A stretch of DNA of 64,000 nt, from positions 15,095-79,094 of the forward strand of contig JBNKCG010000119.1 of assembly GCA_050287605.1 (NCBI GenBank), read 5' to 3'. This document shows, piece after piece, positions 16,483 through 26,824 of this stretch. The first letter of the stretch is position 1, and each line of letters begins with the position of its first letter. Under the pieces are notes generated by a model that was given only the letters and a program-made list of their open reading frames with translations, was not told the origin of the DNA and searched no databases. The position numbers and the translations under genes are program-made. Origin of the DNA: Gammaproteobacteria bacterium. GTDB taxonomy: Bacteria; Pseudomonadota; Gammaproteobacteria; QQUJ01.

Positions 16483-16920
16483 TTAGCCGGACGTGTTGTG
16501 TTCCACCCAGCGCTCGCCCTGCTCCAGATACTCCTTCTTCCAGAACGGCGCGCGGGATTTCAGCTCTTCGATGAGGTAGCGGCAGGCCGCGAAGGCTTCG
16601 CCGCGGTGAGCCGACCAGGCAGCCACCAGCACGATGGGATCGTTGGGGTGCAGCTCACCGACGCGATGGATGACCAGGGTGTCGATGATATTCCAGCGCT
16701 CCGACGCCTCGCGCGAGATCTGCTCCAGGTGTTTGCGCGTCATTTCCGGGTAGTGCTCCAGCGTCATGCGCCGTACAGAGTCGCCCTCGTTGAGATCGCG
16801 CATGGTGCCGATGAACAACGCCGCCGCACCGTAACTGCCGCGGGCGGCCATCATCGCCTCCTGATGCTCGCGTACCGCCTGCAGCGGATCAAAGGGGGTA
16901 TCGAAAATTTCAACCTTCAT
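16483..16920 (-). CDS. moaE: Molybdopterin synthase catalytic subunit
   Basis: LEHYPEM, HRVGEL, SAHRGEAF, LKSRAPFWKKE. Confidence 0.95.
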   Translation of the reverse strand: MKVEIFDTPFDPLQAVREHQEAMMAARGSYGAAALFIGTMRDLNEGDSVRRMTLEHYPEMTRKHLEQISREASERWNIIDTLVIHRVGELHPNDPIVLVAAWSAHRGEAFAACRYLIEELKSRAPFWKKEYLEQGERWVEHNTSG

Positions 16921-16932
16921 GAAACCGCCCGC

Positions 16933-17166
16933 TCAGCCGCCGGTGACCGGCGGAAAGAACGCCACTTCGTCGCCGTCTTTGACCGGGTGGTCCAGTTCGG
17001 CGTGCTCCTGGTTGACCGCCGCCAACAGATTACCGGGCATCGCCTGACCCGGCGTGGCACTGTTCCATACGTCCAGCACCGTGCTCACAGTGGCGGCGTC
17101 GACACTGGCTTCGCCGCGTCCCAGACGTTCGCGCAGGCTGGCAAAATATTTGACTCGAATCGGCAT
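16933..17166 (-). CDS. moaD: Molybdopterin synthase sulfur carrier subunit
   Basis: MPIRVKYFASLRE...DEVAFFPPVTGG; start reassigned to 17166. Confidence 0.95.
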   Translation of the reverse strand: MPIRVKYFASLRERLGRGEASVDAATVSTVLDVWNSATPGQAMPGNLLAAVNQEHAELDHPVKDGDEVAFFPPVTGG

Positions 17167-17223
17167 GGGCAACGTTCCGGAACCATCCCCTGATGGACTC
17201 ATAGGTTAGCAACCGCAAACGGC

Positions 17224-17249
17224 GAAGGACAGCCCACGGGCTGTCCTTC
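17224..17249. terminator. Hairpin downstream of the fdh operon (possible terminator or mRNA-stability element)
   Basis: Perfect 12-bp inverted repeat GAAGGACAGCCC-ac-GGGCTGTCCTTC; no clear U-tract. Confidence 0.5.
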
Positions 17250-17281
17250 AAGGGGAATGGCCAAAAACTAACGGCCCAACG

Positions 17282-18334
17282 CTATACCGGGGCCGGCTTC
17301 CCCGATGGCGGGCTGTCAGGACTGCTGTCGCGGCTCGCCGTCTCGCCCTGCGTCAGCTCCTGGTACCACAGGTCGTGGTGTTGCTTGGCCCACTCCACGT
17401 CCACGTGTCCCGTCACCATGCCTTCCATGGCCCCCTCGGTACCCAAGGTCGCGATGTAGACATGGCCCAGAAACACTGCCAACAGCGTCAGCGCGAAGAG
17501 GGCGTGAAGGATATTGGTCAGTTGCATGGTGGCGCGGGTCTGATCGAAATTGGGGAAATCGAGTATCAGCCCGGTGATCACGATCCCCATCCCCACCAAC
17601 ACCACCAGCCAGTACCACAGCTTCTCGCCCGCGTTGAGATACTCCGCAGAGGGATGCGCCTTGGTTAAGATACCGCCGCCCTTGGCCAACCACACGGCGT
17701 CTACCTTGCGAAAGCCGTTGAAGCGCATCCACTTTACGATCATCAGGATCAATCCGGCGGCAAACACCGGACCTCCGTAGTTGTGCAGGGTCTTGGCCAG
17801 CGCACCCCAGGCCGCGAACGCCGCCTTGCCCATCCACGGCAACAGCAGTGCCTTGCCATAGAGCAGAGTCAGCCCGGTCAGCGCCAGAACCACGAACAGG
17901 ATGGCGACAAACCAATGGATGACCCGGTCGGCCGCGGTCCAGCGCTCGACGGTCTTGCCGGAATAGCCGTTGTCCAGGCGGATGCGGCCGCGGGTCAGGA
18001 ACACGATGCCGATGGCTAGCACCGCGGCGCCAAGTACCCAACCGCCGTAGCGGTTGATCGCGCCGTTGCGCGTCTGACGCCACTCTTCGCCACCGTGGTT
18101 GATCAGCATGCCGTGCTCGGCACCCGGGCTGTTGGTGACGCCGGAGTTGCCCTGGCGGACGTCACGCCACAGCGAGGCTCCGGGCACCTGCTCCGAAGAC
18201 TCGGCGCGTTTCTGTACGGCCAGCGCCTCTGTCGCTAGGGAAGCGCCGAATACTGCCAGCAGCAGGACCACCAACAACGGTACACCGGTACGCGCGCCGC
18301 TGTGCCTCAAGGGGATGAATAAACGTCGCAGCAT
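17282..18334 (-). CDS. Formate dehydrogenase gamma (cytochrome b) subunit
   Basis: RVIHW, LHNY, NAGEKLWYW, HVYIATLGTEGA, WAKQHHDLW; start at ATG 18334 after GAGGA. Confidence 0.92.
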   Translation of the reverse strand: MLRRLFIPLRHSGARTGVPLLVVLLLAVFGASLATEALAVQKRAESSEQVPGASLWRDVRQGNSGVTNSPGAEHGMLINHGGEEWRQTRNGAINRYGGWVLGAAVLAIGIVFLTRGRIRLDNGYSGKTVERWTAADRVIHWFVAILFVVLALTGLTLLYGKALLLPWMGKAAFAAWGALAKTLHNYGGPVFAAGLILMIVKWMRFNGFRKVDAVWLAKGGGILTKAHPSAEYLNAGEKLWYWLVVLVGMGIVITGLILDFPNFDQTRATMQLTNILHALFALTLLAVFLGHVYIATLGTEGAMEGMVTGHVDVEWAKQHHDLWYQELTQGETASRDSSPDSPPSGKPAPV

Positions 18335-18414
18335 GGCGGGTTCCTCAGCAGAAGGATGGGTATGAAGAGACCGGCGGCAGTGTCCGTGCCGCCGGCCCCT
18401 GCCGTCGGCGAGGT

Positions 18415-18996
18415 TTACTTGCGCTCCCGCGAGCCGTAAGCGAGATTCGAACCCCACGCGCCGCCCGCGGAGCCGCGGTAGACCACGCGTTCGCGGTAGA
18501 TGTTCGACACCTCGTCAGCGTCGCCGGCCAGCAACGCCTTGGTCGAGCACATCTCCGCGCACAAGGGGAGCTTGCCCTCGGAGAGACGGTCGCGGCCGTA
18601 TTTGCGCTCGTCGTCGGTCGGTCCGCCCGCGCAGAAGGTGCATTTGTCCATCTTGCCGCGCGATCCGAACGCCGACTGCGCCGGGAACTGCGGCGCCCCG
18701 AAGGGACAGGCGAACAGACAGTACCCGCAGCCGATGCAGCGATCCTTGTCGTGCAGCACCACCCCATCCTCGGTCTGGTAGATGACGTCCACCGGACACA
18801 CCGCGATGCAGGGGGCATCCGAACAGTGCATGCAGGCTACCGACACCGAGCGTTCACCCGGTTCGCCGTCGTTGATAGTCACCACCCGGCGCCGGTTAAT
18901 GCCCCACGGGATCGAATGCTCGTTCTTGCAGGCGGTCACACAGCCGTTGCATTCGATGCAGCGCTCTGTATCCATCATGAATTTCATGCGTGCCAT
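18415..18996 (-). CDS. Formate dehydrogenase beta (4Fe-4S) subunit
   Basis: CIECNGC, CMHC..PC..VCP, CIGCGYC..ACP, KCTFC. Confidence 0.93.
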   Translation of the reverse strand: MARMKFMMDTERCIECNGCVTACKNEHSIPWGINRRRVVTINDGEPGERSVSVACMHCSDAPCIAVCPVDVIYQTEDGVVLHDKDRCIGCGYCLFACPFGAPQFPAQSAFGSRGKMDKCTFCAGGPTDDERKYGRDRLSEGKLPLCAEMCSTKALLAGDADEVSNIYRERVVYRGSAGGAWGSNLAYGSRERK

Positions 18997-19012
18997 ATCG
19001 ATGTTCTCCGCT

Positions 19013-21895
19013 TCAGGCCGTCGTGATCCGGCACAGTGAGACCTTGGTCTCCTGCATCTGAGTCACCGAGTCGTAACCGTAGGTAAGCACCGTGTTGGCG
19101 GCCTCGCCCAGGATGTAGGGCTCTGCGCCCGGTGGATACTTGCTGCGCAAATCGTTGCCCTGGAAATGGCCGGCGAAATGGAACGGCAGGAAGACCACGC
19201 CGGGCGCCACGCGCCGGGTGATCATCGCCTTGACCTTTATCTTCGATCCCTCTGGCCCTTCGACCCAGATGTTGGCGCCTTCGCGAATCCCGGCGTTGTT
19301 GGCATCCACCGGATTGACCTCCGCGAACATCTCGCGCTGGAGTTCCGCCAGCCAGGGATTGGAGCGTGATTCGTCGCCGCCGCCCTCGTATTCCACCAGG
19401 CGCCCGCTGGTGAGAATCAGCGGGAAGTCCTTGCTGAAATCCTGATCCTGAATGGATTTGTACAGCGTCGGCAACCGGTAGTGCGACTTGCGATCCTCAT
19501 AGGTGGGATACTTGGCCACCAGATCGCGGCGCGGTGCGTACAGCGGTTCGCGGTGCACCGGCACTGGATCGGGGAAGGTCCACACGATGGCGCGCGCCCG
19601 GGCGTTGCCGAACGGTGCGCAACCGTGCTTGATCGCCACGCGCTGGATTCCGCCCGAGAGATCCGTCTTCCAGTTCCTGCCCTCCGCGGCCGCTTGTTCT
19701 GCGGCGTTCAGATCGTTCCACCAGCCGAGTTTCTTCAGCATGTCGGCGGTGAATTCGGGATGGCCGTCCTTGAGTTCATTGCCTACGGGATAGGAACCGT
19801 CCGCCAGCAGGCTGACGCCGTTGCGTTCCACGCCGAAACGGGCGCGGAAGTTGAGGCCACCCTTGGCGACGGGTTTGCTGGTGTCGTAAAGAATGGGCGT
19901 GCCGGGGTGTTTCATCTCCGCCGTTCCCCAGCATGGCCACGGCATACCGTAGTAGTCGCCGTTGGCAGGACCGCCTTCGGCCAGTAACGTAGTCGAGTTG
20001 AAGGTATGCCAGTTCTTCTGGTGCTCCTTGAGCCGTTCCGGACTCTGGCCGGTGTAGCCGATGGTCCACATCCCTTTGTTGAACTCGCGGGTGATGTCCT
20101 CGATCAGCGGCTCGTCGCCATTCACCGTGATGTGTTTGCACAACTCGCCGGCGAAGCCCAGCTTCTTCGCGAACTTGTACATGATGGTGTGGTCGGGCAA
20201 GGACTCGAACAGGGGATCGATCACCTTGTCGCGCCACTGCAGCGAGCGGTTGGAGGCGGTCACCGAGCCGTAGGTTTCGAACTGCGTCGCCGCCGGCAGC
20301 AGGTAGACGCCGTCCTTGCGGTCGTGCATCACGGCCGATGCGGTGGGATAGGGATCGATGATCACCATCAGATCCAGTTTCTCCATCGCCTTTTTCATGT
20401 CCACGCCGCGGGTCTGCGAGTTGGGTGCATGTCCCCAGAAGACCATGGCGCGTACGTTGTCCTTTTGCCCGATGTTGCCCTTATCCTCCAGCACGCCGTC
20501 GATCCAGCGCGATACCGGGATGCCGGCGGTGTTCATGGGCCGCAGATCCTTGTCGCCCTTCTTTTCGTAGCTACCTTGATCGAAACGCGCCTTCACCCAC
20601 TCGAAGTCGAGATCCCACACCCGGCTCCAGTGTTTCCACGAACCCTCTGCCAGGCCGTAGTACCCGGGCAGCGAATGCGACAGCACGCACATGTCGGTGG
20701 CGCCTTGCACGTTGTCGTGGCCGCGGAAGATGTTCGCCCCGCCGCCTGACACGCCCATGTTGCCCAACGCCAGTTGCAGGATGCAGTAGGCGCGCGTGTT
20801 GTTGTTGCCGATGGTGTGCTGCGTACCGCCCATGCACCACACGATGGTGCCGGGGCGGTTGTCGGCCAGAGTCTTGGCAACCCGCCGCATCTGGTCGGCG
20901 GAAACGCCGGTGACGTTCTCGACCTCTGCCGGCGACCACTTCGCCACCTCGGCTCGGATGTCGTCCAGTCCATAGACCCGTTGGGCAATGAAATTCTTGT
21001 CTTCCCATCCGTTCTCGAAGATGTGCCACAGCAGGCCGTGGATGAACGGCACGTCGGTACCGGGGCGGATGCGCACGAACTCCGTGGCTTTGGCCGCGGT
21101 GCGGCTGAAACGCGGATCGACGCAGATGATAGCCGCGTTGTTGCGCTCCTTGGCGCGCAGAATATGCTGCATGGCGACCGGGTGGGCCTCAGCAGGATTG
21201 GAGCCGATGAGGATGATGGCCTTGGAGTTGTGGATGTCGTTGAACGAGTTGGTCATCGCCCCGTAACCCCAGGTGTTCGCCACGCCGGCCACCGTGGTTG
21301 AGTGGCAGATGCGCGCCTGGTGGTCAACGTTGTTGGTGCCCCACAGGGCGGCGAACTTGCGGAACAGGTAGGCCTGCTCGTTGTTGTACTTGGCCGATCC
21401 CAGCCAGTACACCGAGTCGGGGCCGGATTGCTCGCGTATTTTGAGCATCTGGTCGCCGATGTCGTTGACGGCCTCTTCCCAGCCCACCTTCTGCCACTTG
21501 CCGCCCACCAGCTTCATGGGGTACTTCAGGCGCCGCTCGCCCATGCCGTGCTCGCGTACCGACGCGCCTTTGGCGCAGTGCCCGCCCAGGTTGAAGGGGT
21601 GGTCGAACGCCGGTTCTTGCCCAATCCAGACGCCGTTTTCCACCTCGGCGTAGATTCCGCAACCCACGGAACAGTGGGTGCAGACGGTCCGTACCACCTC
21701 GCTCTTGCCGCTGCTGGCGGCCGTGGCCGCCTCTGCCTTGCGCATCAGGTGGGGAGAAAACAGTCCTGCGGCGACTCCACCGCCCGCCACGGCGCCGGAG
21801 GCGCGCAGGAAATTGCGTCGCGTCATACCCGTGCCCTGACGAGGCTGCGCCGCTGCCTGGCGGGAGGCCTCGTGGTGTTTTTTAACCAGCTTCAT
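19013..21895 (-). CDS. Formate dehydrogenase alpha subunit (Tat-exported, Cys ligand)
   Basis: TRRNFL Tat motif, CTHCSVGC, DHQARICHSTT, RGHDNVQG. Confidence 0.95.
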   Translation of the reverse strand: MKLVKKHHEASRQAAAQPRQGTGMTRRNFLRASGAVAGGGVAAGLFSPHLMRKAEAATAASSGKSEVVRTVCTHCSVGCGIYAEVENGVWIGQEPAFDHPFNLGGHCAKGASVREHGMGERRLKYPMKLVGGKWQKVGWEEAVNDIGDQMLKIREQSGPDSVYWLGSAKYNNEQAYLFRKFAALWGTNNVDHQARICHSTTVAGVANTWGYGAMTNSFNDIHNSKAIILIGSNPAEAHPVAMQHILRAKERNNAAIICVDPRFSRTAAKATEFVRIRPGTDVPFIHGLLWHIFENGWEDKNFIAQRVYGLDDIRAEVAKWSPAEVENVTGVSADQMRRVAKTLADNRPGTIVWCMGGTQHTIGNNNTRAYCILQLALGNMGVSGGGANIFRGHDNVQGATDMCVLSHSLPGYYGLAEGSWKHWSRVWDLDFEWVKARFDQGSYEKKGDKDLRPMNTAGIPVSRWIDGVLEDKGNIGQKDNVRAMVFWGHAPNSQTRGVDMKKAMEKLDLMVIIDPYPTASAVMHDRKDGVYLLPAATQFETYGSVTASNRSLQWRDKVIDPLFESLPDHTIMYKFAKKLGFAGELCKHITVNGDEPLIEDITREFNKGMWTIGYTGQSPERLKEHQKNWHTFNSTTLLAEGGPANGDYYGMPWPCWGTAEMKHPGTPILYDTSKPVAKGGLNFRARFGVERNGVSLLADGSYPVGNELKDGHPEFTADMLKKLGWWNDLNAAEQAAAEGRNWKTDLSGGIQRVAIKHGCAPFGNARARAIVWTFPDPVPVHREPLYAPRRDLVAKYPTYEDRKSHYRLPTLYKSIQDQDFSKDFPLILTSGRLVEYEGGGDESRSNPWLAELQREMFAEVNPVDANNAGIREGANIWVEGPEGSKIKVKAMITRRVAPGVVFLPFHFAGHFQGNDLRSKYPPGAEPYILGEAANTVLTYGYDSVTQMQETKVSLCRITTA

Positions 21896-21950
21896 CGTGT
21901 GATCCTCGTGATTGCGTTATCGAACGCGGCTCTGACCTTTGGGGTCTGCC

Positions 21951-22151
21951 TCAGGCACGCGCCGACCGGTAGTAGGCCTTGATATGCTCCGTGGTCCTGT
22001 AGCCCTTGCCCTTCTCCACCACCTTTTCCGTGGCCGGGGCCGCAGTGGCCTCGCCGCCGACGGAAACGACCGCCGCCGCTGCGGCGCCTGCCGCCGCCGT
22101 TCCCCGCAGGAACGCTCGACGGGTCATGCCTTCACGCTGTTTCTGGCTCAT
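21951..22151 (-). CDS. Small Tat-signal protein of fdh loci
   Basis: TRRAFLR and C-terminal KGYRTTEHIKAYY. Confidence 0.85.
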   Translation of the reverse strand: MSQKQREGMTRRAFLRGTAAAGAAAAAVVSVGGEATAAPATEKVVEKGKGYRTTEHIKAYYRSARA

Positions 22152-22179
22152 CTGTCTCTCCCTTCTCCGCTAAATGACT

Positions 22180-22788
22180 TTAAATAACAGCTTCAAGATA
22201 TTGTTTTTCTGAAGTTATCAACTGCTCACCCAGTCGACCGACAAGGCAGTAAAAGGCATCGGCCGATTGGGCGTTCTGCACATCCTGAAAGAAGCGTGCT
22301 GCCCACGGCAGCAGGTGTTGGTTGAAGAAATCGCGCTGCAACTCCAGCCCTTCCCTGCCCGCATCGGTGACCAGATGGGCCATCACTTCGCACAGCGCAG
22401 CGATATGGTCTTCAGGCTCGTGCACACCCTCCTCCCGCTCGAACCCCAGGGTTGCCAGGGTCGTGCGCAACCGCGCCAGCGGTGTATCCAGGACGAATCC
22501 GCCCGCATACCAGGAGGCGAACGGCACCACCTCGCCGCGCCCCACGCCGATAAACAGCGCCGTGTAGGTACTTCTCAGTTCGTCGGGATCAGCGTCGCGG
22601 GCGACAGCGACGAGCTCCGCCACCGTCCGCTCGATCGGGTTGTCGCCACCATCGACGGACAAGCCGCACAGCGCCGCCAGCAGTGCGCCCTCCGGCGGGC
22701 GCCCCAGCAGCGTGCCCAACAGACCGTAGAGATCGGCGCGCAACTGGGGGATTTCGTGATCGGTATGGTCTTCGGCTAATGCAGGCAT
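22180..22788 (-). CDS. TorD/DmsD family molybdoenzyme chaperone
   Basis: LFIGVGRGEVVPFASWY, EPEDHIAALCE. Confidence 0.9.
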   Translation of the reverse strand: MPALAEDHTDHEIPQLRADLYGLLGTLLGRPPEGALLAALCGLSVDGGDNPIERTVAELVAVARDADPDELRSTYTALFIGVGRGEVVPFASWYAGGFVLDTPLARLRTTLATLGFEREEGVHEPEDHIAALCEVMAHLVTDAGREGLELQRDFFNQHLLPWAARFFQDVQNAQSADAFYCLVGRLGEQLITSEKQYLEAVI

Positions 22789-22806
22789 GGATTGGACTCC
22801 CCGGAT

Positions 22807-24435
22807 TCACCCCTGGCCGGTGGCGCGCAGGATGTCTTTCACACGACAGGCGTCGCACAGTTCAAAACGTCGCGCCGCGGCGCCGGCGAACATGCGGTGT
22901 CCCGCCAATTGCTGCTGCAGCTTGGCAATGGAGGCCCGCGGTGCGAAGGGTTTGCCGCAATCGAGGCAGCAAACCGCTTCGTCTTCGCACAGGGTGCGCG
23001 CGGTACGGCGCAGTTCACCGTCAAAGAGGTAGCGCGGTTGCAGCGTAACCACCTTTTCCGGACACGCCTTGACGCACAATCCACATTGCACGCAGTTATG
23101 CTCCAGGAACTTGAGCTGCGGGCTCTCGGTGCCGCCCTGCAGCGCCCCGGGCGGACAGACGGAGACGCAGGCCATGCACAGGGTGCACCCCGCCGCGACG
23201 GACACGGCGCCAAACGCGGCCCCCTGCGGCAGGCTGGCGGCCCCAGGGCGAGGGGTATGCGGTTGGGAGAGGTGATCGAGCGCCATGTGTATGGCCTCGC
23301 GCTTGTCCTCCAACGGTGCGTAGCGCGCTACCGGACAGCGTGCCGCCGCAGTCGAAGCGGGTAGCCTGGCCAGCGCCTCCCAGCCCACGCGGCGTACGCT
23401 GCGTGCATCACTCATACCCGCCAGCAAGCCCCGGACCACATCGATTTCCCCGTCCAACACCCGCAACACGCTCGGCGGTGTCCGGTCACCGACCAGCAGC
23501 AGCACTTCGATGGCACCGTACGCCAGAGCACTGAGCCACAGTTCCATTCCGGCGGCACCGATCTCCTCCATCTGCAGCGGCAGAACACGCCCCGGCAACG
23601 TCTCCAGCGATTCGTTAACCCGTTGCGCATCCGTGCTGTCGTGGACGAGCAGCGCCGCACCCTCCCCACCCGCGGCGTGAAACGCCTGCAGCAGAGTACG
23701 GACGCGATCCAGCAGCATGCGGCGGTCGGGAAGGTTGTAGGAGATGGCCCCGGTGGGACACGCGCTGGCGCAGCTTCCGACACCGTGGCAGAGGTGAACG
23801 TCCACGCCGACCTTTTCCCCCTGCGGATGGATGGCCCAAGCGGGACAGACGTCCAGGCATCGCGTACACCCCAGCAGCCCACTGGCGCTGTGCGCGCACA
23901 GATCGCTGTTGACGCGGACGTAACGCGGTTTTTCGAAAACGCCCACCAGATCGCGCGCCTGTTCAAGTGCCGCATCAAGCCCATCCGCATCGCTTGGCGC
24001 CAGATAGCCCGGCGGTGGCAAATCGGCGGGAAGAGTGGGCTTCGCTCCCAGATCGAGCACCACGTCAAAATGGGCGCATCCCACCAAGGGGGCCAGTTCG
24101 ATTTCAGCACCGCTCTCACTGTCCAGCACGTAGGCGCTGAATCGACCGAGGTAACCCTCCAAGCGGGTCAGTGTATGCGCGAGTCGTTGGACGTGGGATG
24201 GCCACGAAACATCCGCAGCGCCGTCCGACACCAGCACCGTGCACCGTCGTTGCTTATCCATGCGCGGCACCACGGCAGCGACTCGTGCCGCATCGCCGAC
24301 GATCAGCAGGTGGCCAGAAGACTGGTACTCCACGGCGTCGGAATCCGACGTGGTCAGCCCCCCGATGGCGCTCAACGCCGCGTCGCGGCCGCGTCGATCG
24401 AGTTCCAGACGTTCGTTGGCCAACGTGGCGCTCAC
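22807..24435 (-). CDS. Multi-4Fe-4S protein of fdh maturation cluster
   Basis: CTRCLDVCP, CHGVGSCASACP, CTLCMACVSVCP, CVQCGLCVKACP. Confidence 0.88.
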   Translation of the reverse strand: MSATLANERLELDRRGRDAALSAIGGLTTSDSDAVEYQSSGHLLIVGDAARVAAVVPRMDKQRRCTVLVSDGAADVSWPSHVQRLAHTLTRLEGYLGRFSAYVLDSESGAEIELAPLVGCAHFDVVLDLGAKPTLPADLPPPGYLAPSDADGLDAALEQARDLVGVFEKPRYVRVNSDLCAHSASGLLGCTRCLDVCPAWAIHPQGEKVGVDVHLCHGVGSCASACPTGAISYNLPDRRMLLDRVRTLLQAFHAAGGEGAALLVHDSTDAQRVNESLETLPGRVLPLQMEEIGAAGMELWLSALAYGAIEVLLLVGDRTPPSVLRVLDGEIDVVRGLLAGMSDARSVRRVGWEALARLPASTAAARCPVARYAPLEDKREAIHMALDHLSQPHTPRPGAASLPQGAAFGAVSVAAGCTLCMACVSVCPPGALQGGTESPQLKFLEHNCVQCGLCVKACPEKVVTLQPRYLFDGELRRTARTLCEDEAVCCLDCGKPFAPRASIAKLQQQLAGHRMFAGAAARRFELCDACRVKDILRATGQG

Positions 24436-24917
24436 GACAGATCACCCACAGGATCGGTGGTGGCTGTGGATTCGGGGTGCTCCTCGTCCTCCGTTCCTAC
24501 CACGGTGCGTTGGACCGACGCCTCCAGCGTCTCCTGTCCTTCCTCGGCCTTCGCAGCCAGCCACTGCTTCATGTGGTAGGGAACCGTCTCACCCAGCGGC
24601 TCGAAGAGCGAGTAATCGTCGTCGTAGTCGTTCAAGCCATCGGTAATGTTGAAATCGGCGAGATGGAACAGCTTGCGCAGCGCCGCCCGGCGCAGGGCCT
24701 CGTCCACTTCGGGAGAGAGAAAAGCGCTAAAGTCGGACTCGCCGGTCAACGAGTCGATGGGGGGAAGCTCGGTGGGCGGCTCTGCGGCGGCGGAGTCGGG
24801 AGGCAGCACGGCCTCCTCCGCCACGTGGCGTTTGCGTCTGACCCAGCGCTGCAAGACGCTCTCGGTCGAGCGGGCATCGGGTCGCGTCCCCAACCGATAG
24901 TGTTTGCCCTCAGCCAT
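24432..24917 (-). CDS. DUF3306-like protein
   Basis: LQRWVRRK, DFSAFL..VDEALRRAALRKLF, DGLNDYDDDY; start reassigned to 24917. Confidence 0.82.
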   Translation of the reverse strand: MAEGKHYRLGTRPDARSTESVLQRWVRRKRHVAEEAVLPPDSAAAEPPTELPPIDSLTGESDFSAFLSPEVDEALRRAALRKLFHLADFNITDGLNDYDDDYSLFEPLGETVPYHMKQWLAAKAEEGQETLEASVQRTVVGTEDEEHPESTATTDPVGDLS

Positions 24918-25389
24918 GGTTCGCCCGCTTGCGGCGCGGTTCGCGTTTGATACCCACGCGCTCAATGTAGGCGCTGACCCATTCGCTGATCTCGCGGGGC
25001 AGCGGCAACGCCAGCACCTCGTCGTCGACCTCCATGTGCGAGACGGCTTCGTCTTGGCTGAGGGTGAGCAGCACCGGGCGCATGCCACCGTGCGCTTCAT
25101 CCTGGGCGCAAACGACGAAAAGCACCGGCTGTTGACCGGCCAAGTTGTGCGCATAGTGGGCGGTCTCGTCGGGATAGAGCGCCAGGGTGAGTCCATCCCA
25201 TAGGTGCTCCTCGCCTTCCGCGTTCTCCCAACTCCGAACTCGTTGCGGCGCCTCGCCTTCGGGGAGCGTGCAGGTCCCCAGCGCCACCACGTGCCAGCGC
25301 TCGGAATCCCAGCGCCCCACCCGTACGTTGCGTCGGGTCAGACGCAACGAAACACGGCATTGGTCGGGTGCAGCATTGCGGGTCGGCAT
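24910..25389 (-). CDS. DUF3305-like protein
   Basis: LTLALYPDETAHYAHNL..P.LFVV; position before DUF3306; start reassigned to 25389. Confidence 0.8.
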   Translation of the reverse strand: MPTRNAAPDQCRVSLRLTRRNVRVGRWDSERWHVVALGTCTLPEGEAPQRVRSWENAEGEEHLWDGLTLALYPDETAHYAHNLAGQQPVLFVVCAQDEAHGGMRPVLLTLSQDEAVSHMEVDDEVLALPLPREISEWVSAYIERVGIKREPRRKRANHG

Positions 25390-25426
25390 CTCAACTGCCC
25401 TTCTCGATCGGTGTCCTATGATCATG

Positions 25427-25441
25427 GCAAGTTGCATACCA
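25427..25441 (-). promoter_or_regulatory. Sigma54 promoter of the fdh operon
   Basis: Minus strand TGGTAT-GCAAC-TTGC (GG-N10-GC), about 38 nt upstream of the first start. Confidence 0.65.
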
Positions 25442-25583
25442 ATGGCCGCCATCCTCGTTAACCTTCTGTTTAACGGGAATTTCTCGTCAACACTCAAGGT
25501 TCGTCGAGCGACCTGATGTTCGGCCAATTTGACCCGGTCACCGCCCTGCTGGGTCACTTTGAACCAGCTCAGTTTGACCAACC

Positions 25584-25621
25584 GCGCTGTGAAACCCTTG
25601 TGGCACGGGCTCTCACAGCGC
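25584..25621. repeat. 9-bp inverted repeat in the fdh/moaA divergent region
   Basis: GCGCTGTGA-N20-TCACAGCGC; possible activator site or hairpin. Confidence 0.4.
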
Positions 25622-25737
25622 TGAATTATTTGGGAACGGATCTTGCGAAGAACTTGTCAGCCGTGAGCTCTCGCCTATAGCGGCTACAATAACCGAGTAG
25701 TTCATTCTGTTTTTGTGGTTCTTTGGAGGAGACGGGT

Positions 25738-26742
25738 ATGCCGCAATCTGGTGAGAGCGGGCTAGTCGATCGTTTCGGTCGCCACGTGACCTATCTGCGT
25801 GTCTCGGTGACCGATCGCTGCAACTTTCGCTGCCTCTATTGCATGGCTGAGGAGATGGAGTTTCTGCCGCGAGCACAGCTGTTGACGCTGGAAGAGCTGG
25901 CCGAGATCGGAGCGGCATTCGCCGAACTCGGCGTGACCAAGATCCGCGTAACAGGCGGCGAACCGCTAGTGCGCCACAACATCCTCTGGCTTTTCGAGCA
26001 TCTGGGGGCTCTGCCCGGCCTGCGCGAGCTCACCACCACCACCAACGGCGCGCTGCTGCCCCAGATGGCGCCGGGACTGCGCGCCAGCGGGGTGAAACGC
26101 CTGAATATCAGCCTCGACAGCCTCGATGGCGAGCGTTTTCGGCGCATTACCCGCAACGGCAACCTGAACGAGGTGTTGGCAGGGATCGACGCCGCACAAC
26201 GGGCCGGATTCGATCGCATCAAGCTCAACGTCGTCATCCTCAAAGGCCTCAACGACGACGAGATACTCCCGTTGGTCGAATTCGCCCGCACCCGCGCCCT
26301 GGACATCAGCTTCATCGAAGAGATGCCCCTGGGCGACGTGGAGGGTCACGACCGTCTCGGCGCCTATTACTCCAGCGATGCCGTACGCAGCGATATCGAA
26401 CGGCGCTTCGAGCTGGTACCCACCGCGGAGACCACGGGCGGTCCCGCGCGCTACTTCCGCATCGCCGGCGAGTCCACGCGCATCGGCTTCATCTCGCCGC
26501 ACAGCCACAATTTCTGTGCCGACTGCAACCGCGTACGCCTGACGGCGGAGGGGCGTTTGCTCCTCTGCTTGGGCCAGGAGCACTCGGTGGATCTGCGCCG
26601 CGTCATCCGCGCCAACCCCGGCGACCGCGAGCGATTGAAACAGGCCATCGTCGACGCCATGACCATCAAACCCAAAGGCCACGATTTCGACCTCGCCGAA
26701 CGCCCCGTCATTCTGCGCCACATGAACGTGACCGGCGGGTAG
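25738..26742 (+). CDS. moaA: GTP 3',8-cyclase
   Basis: YLRVSVTDRCNFRCLYCM, FCADCNRVR, C-terminal MNVTGG; ATG 25738 after GGAGGA. Confidence 0.96.
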   Translation: MPQSGESGLVDRFGRHVTYLRVSVTDRCNFRCLYCMAEEMEFLPRAQLLTLEELAEIGAAFAELGVTKIRVTGGEPLVRHNILWLFEHLGALPGLRELTTTTNGALLPQMAPGLRASGVKRLNISLDSLDGERFRRITRNGNLNEVLAGIDAAQRAGFDRIKLNVVILKGLNDDEILPLVEFARTRALDISFIEEMPLGDVEGHDRLGAYYSSDAVRSDIERRFELVPTAETTGGPARYFRIAGESTRIGFISPHSHNFCADCNRVRLTAEGRLLLCLGQEHSVDLRRVIRANPGDRERLKQAIVDAMTIKPKGHDFDLAERPVILRHMNVTGG

Positions 26743-26824
26743 CCCCCACTGCGGGCTGGTGCGGACTTTGCCTCGCGGCTCCTTCCCGCGCCATACTTCA
26801 CCCATTCCCCCCCTGCCGACGGCC

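Noticed and set aside
15336-16574. 412-aa alternative-frame ORF over fni
   Set aside because: Arg/Gly-rich off-frame translation of the IDI-2 gene
19013-21895. Selenocysteine recoding in FDH alpha
   Set aside because: ORF is uninterrupted with Cys in ARICHS; no in-frame TGA
25601-25616. TGGCAC as a sigma54 promoter for moaA
   Set aside because: No -12 TTGC at the correct spacing
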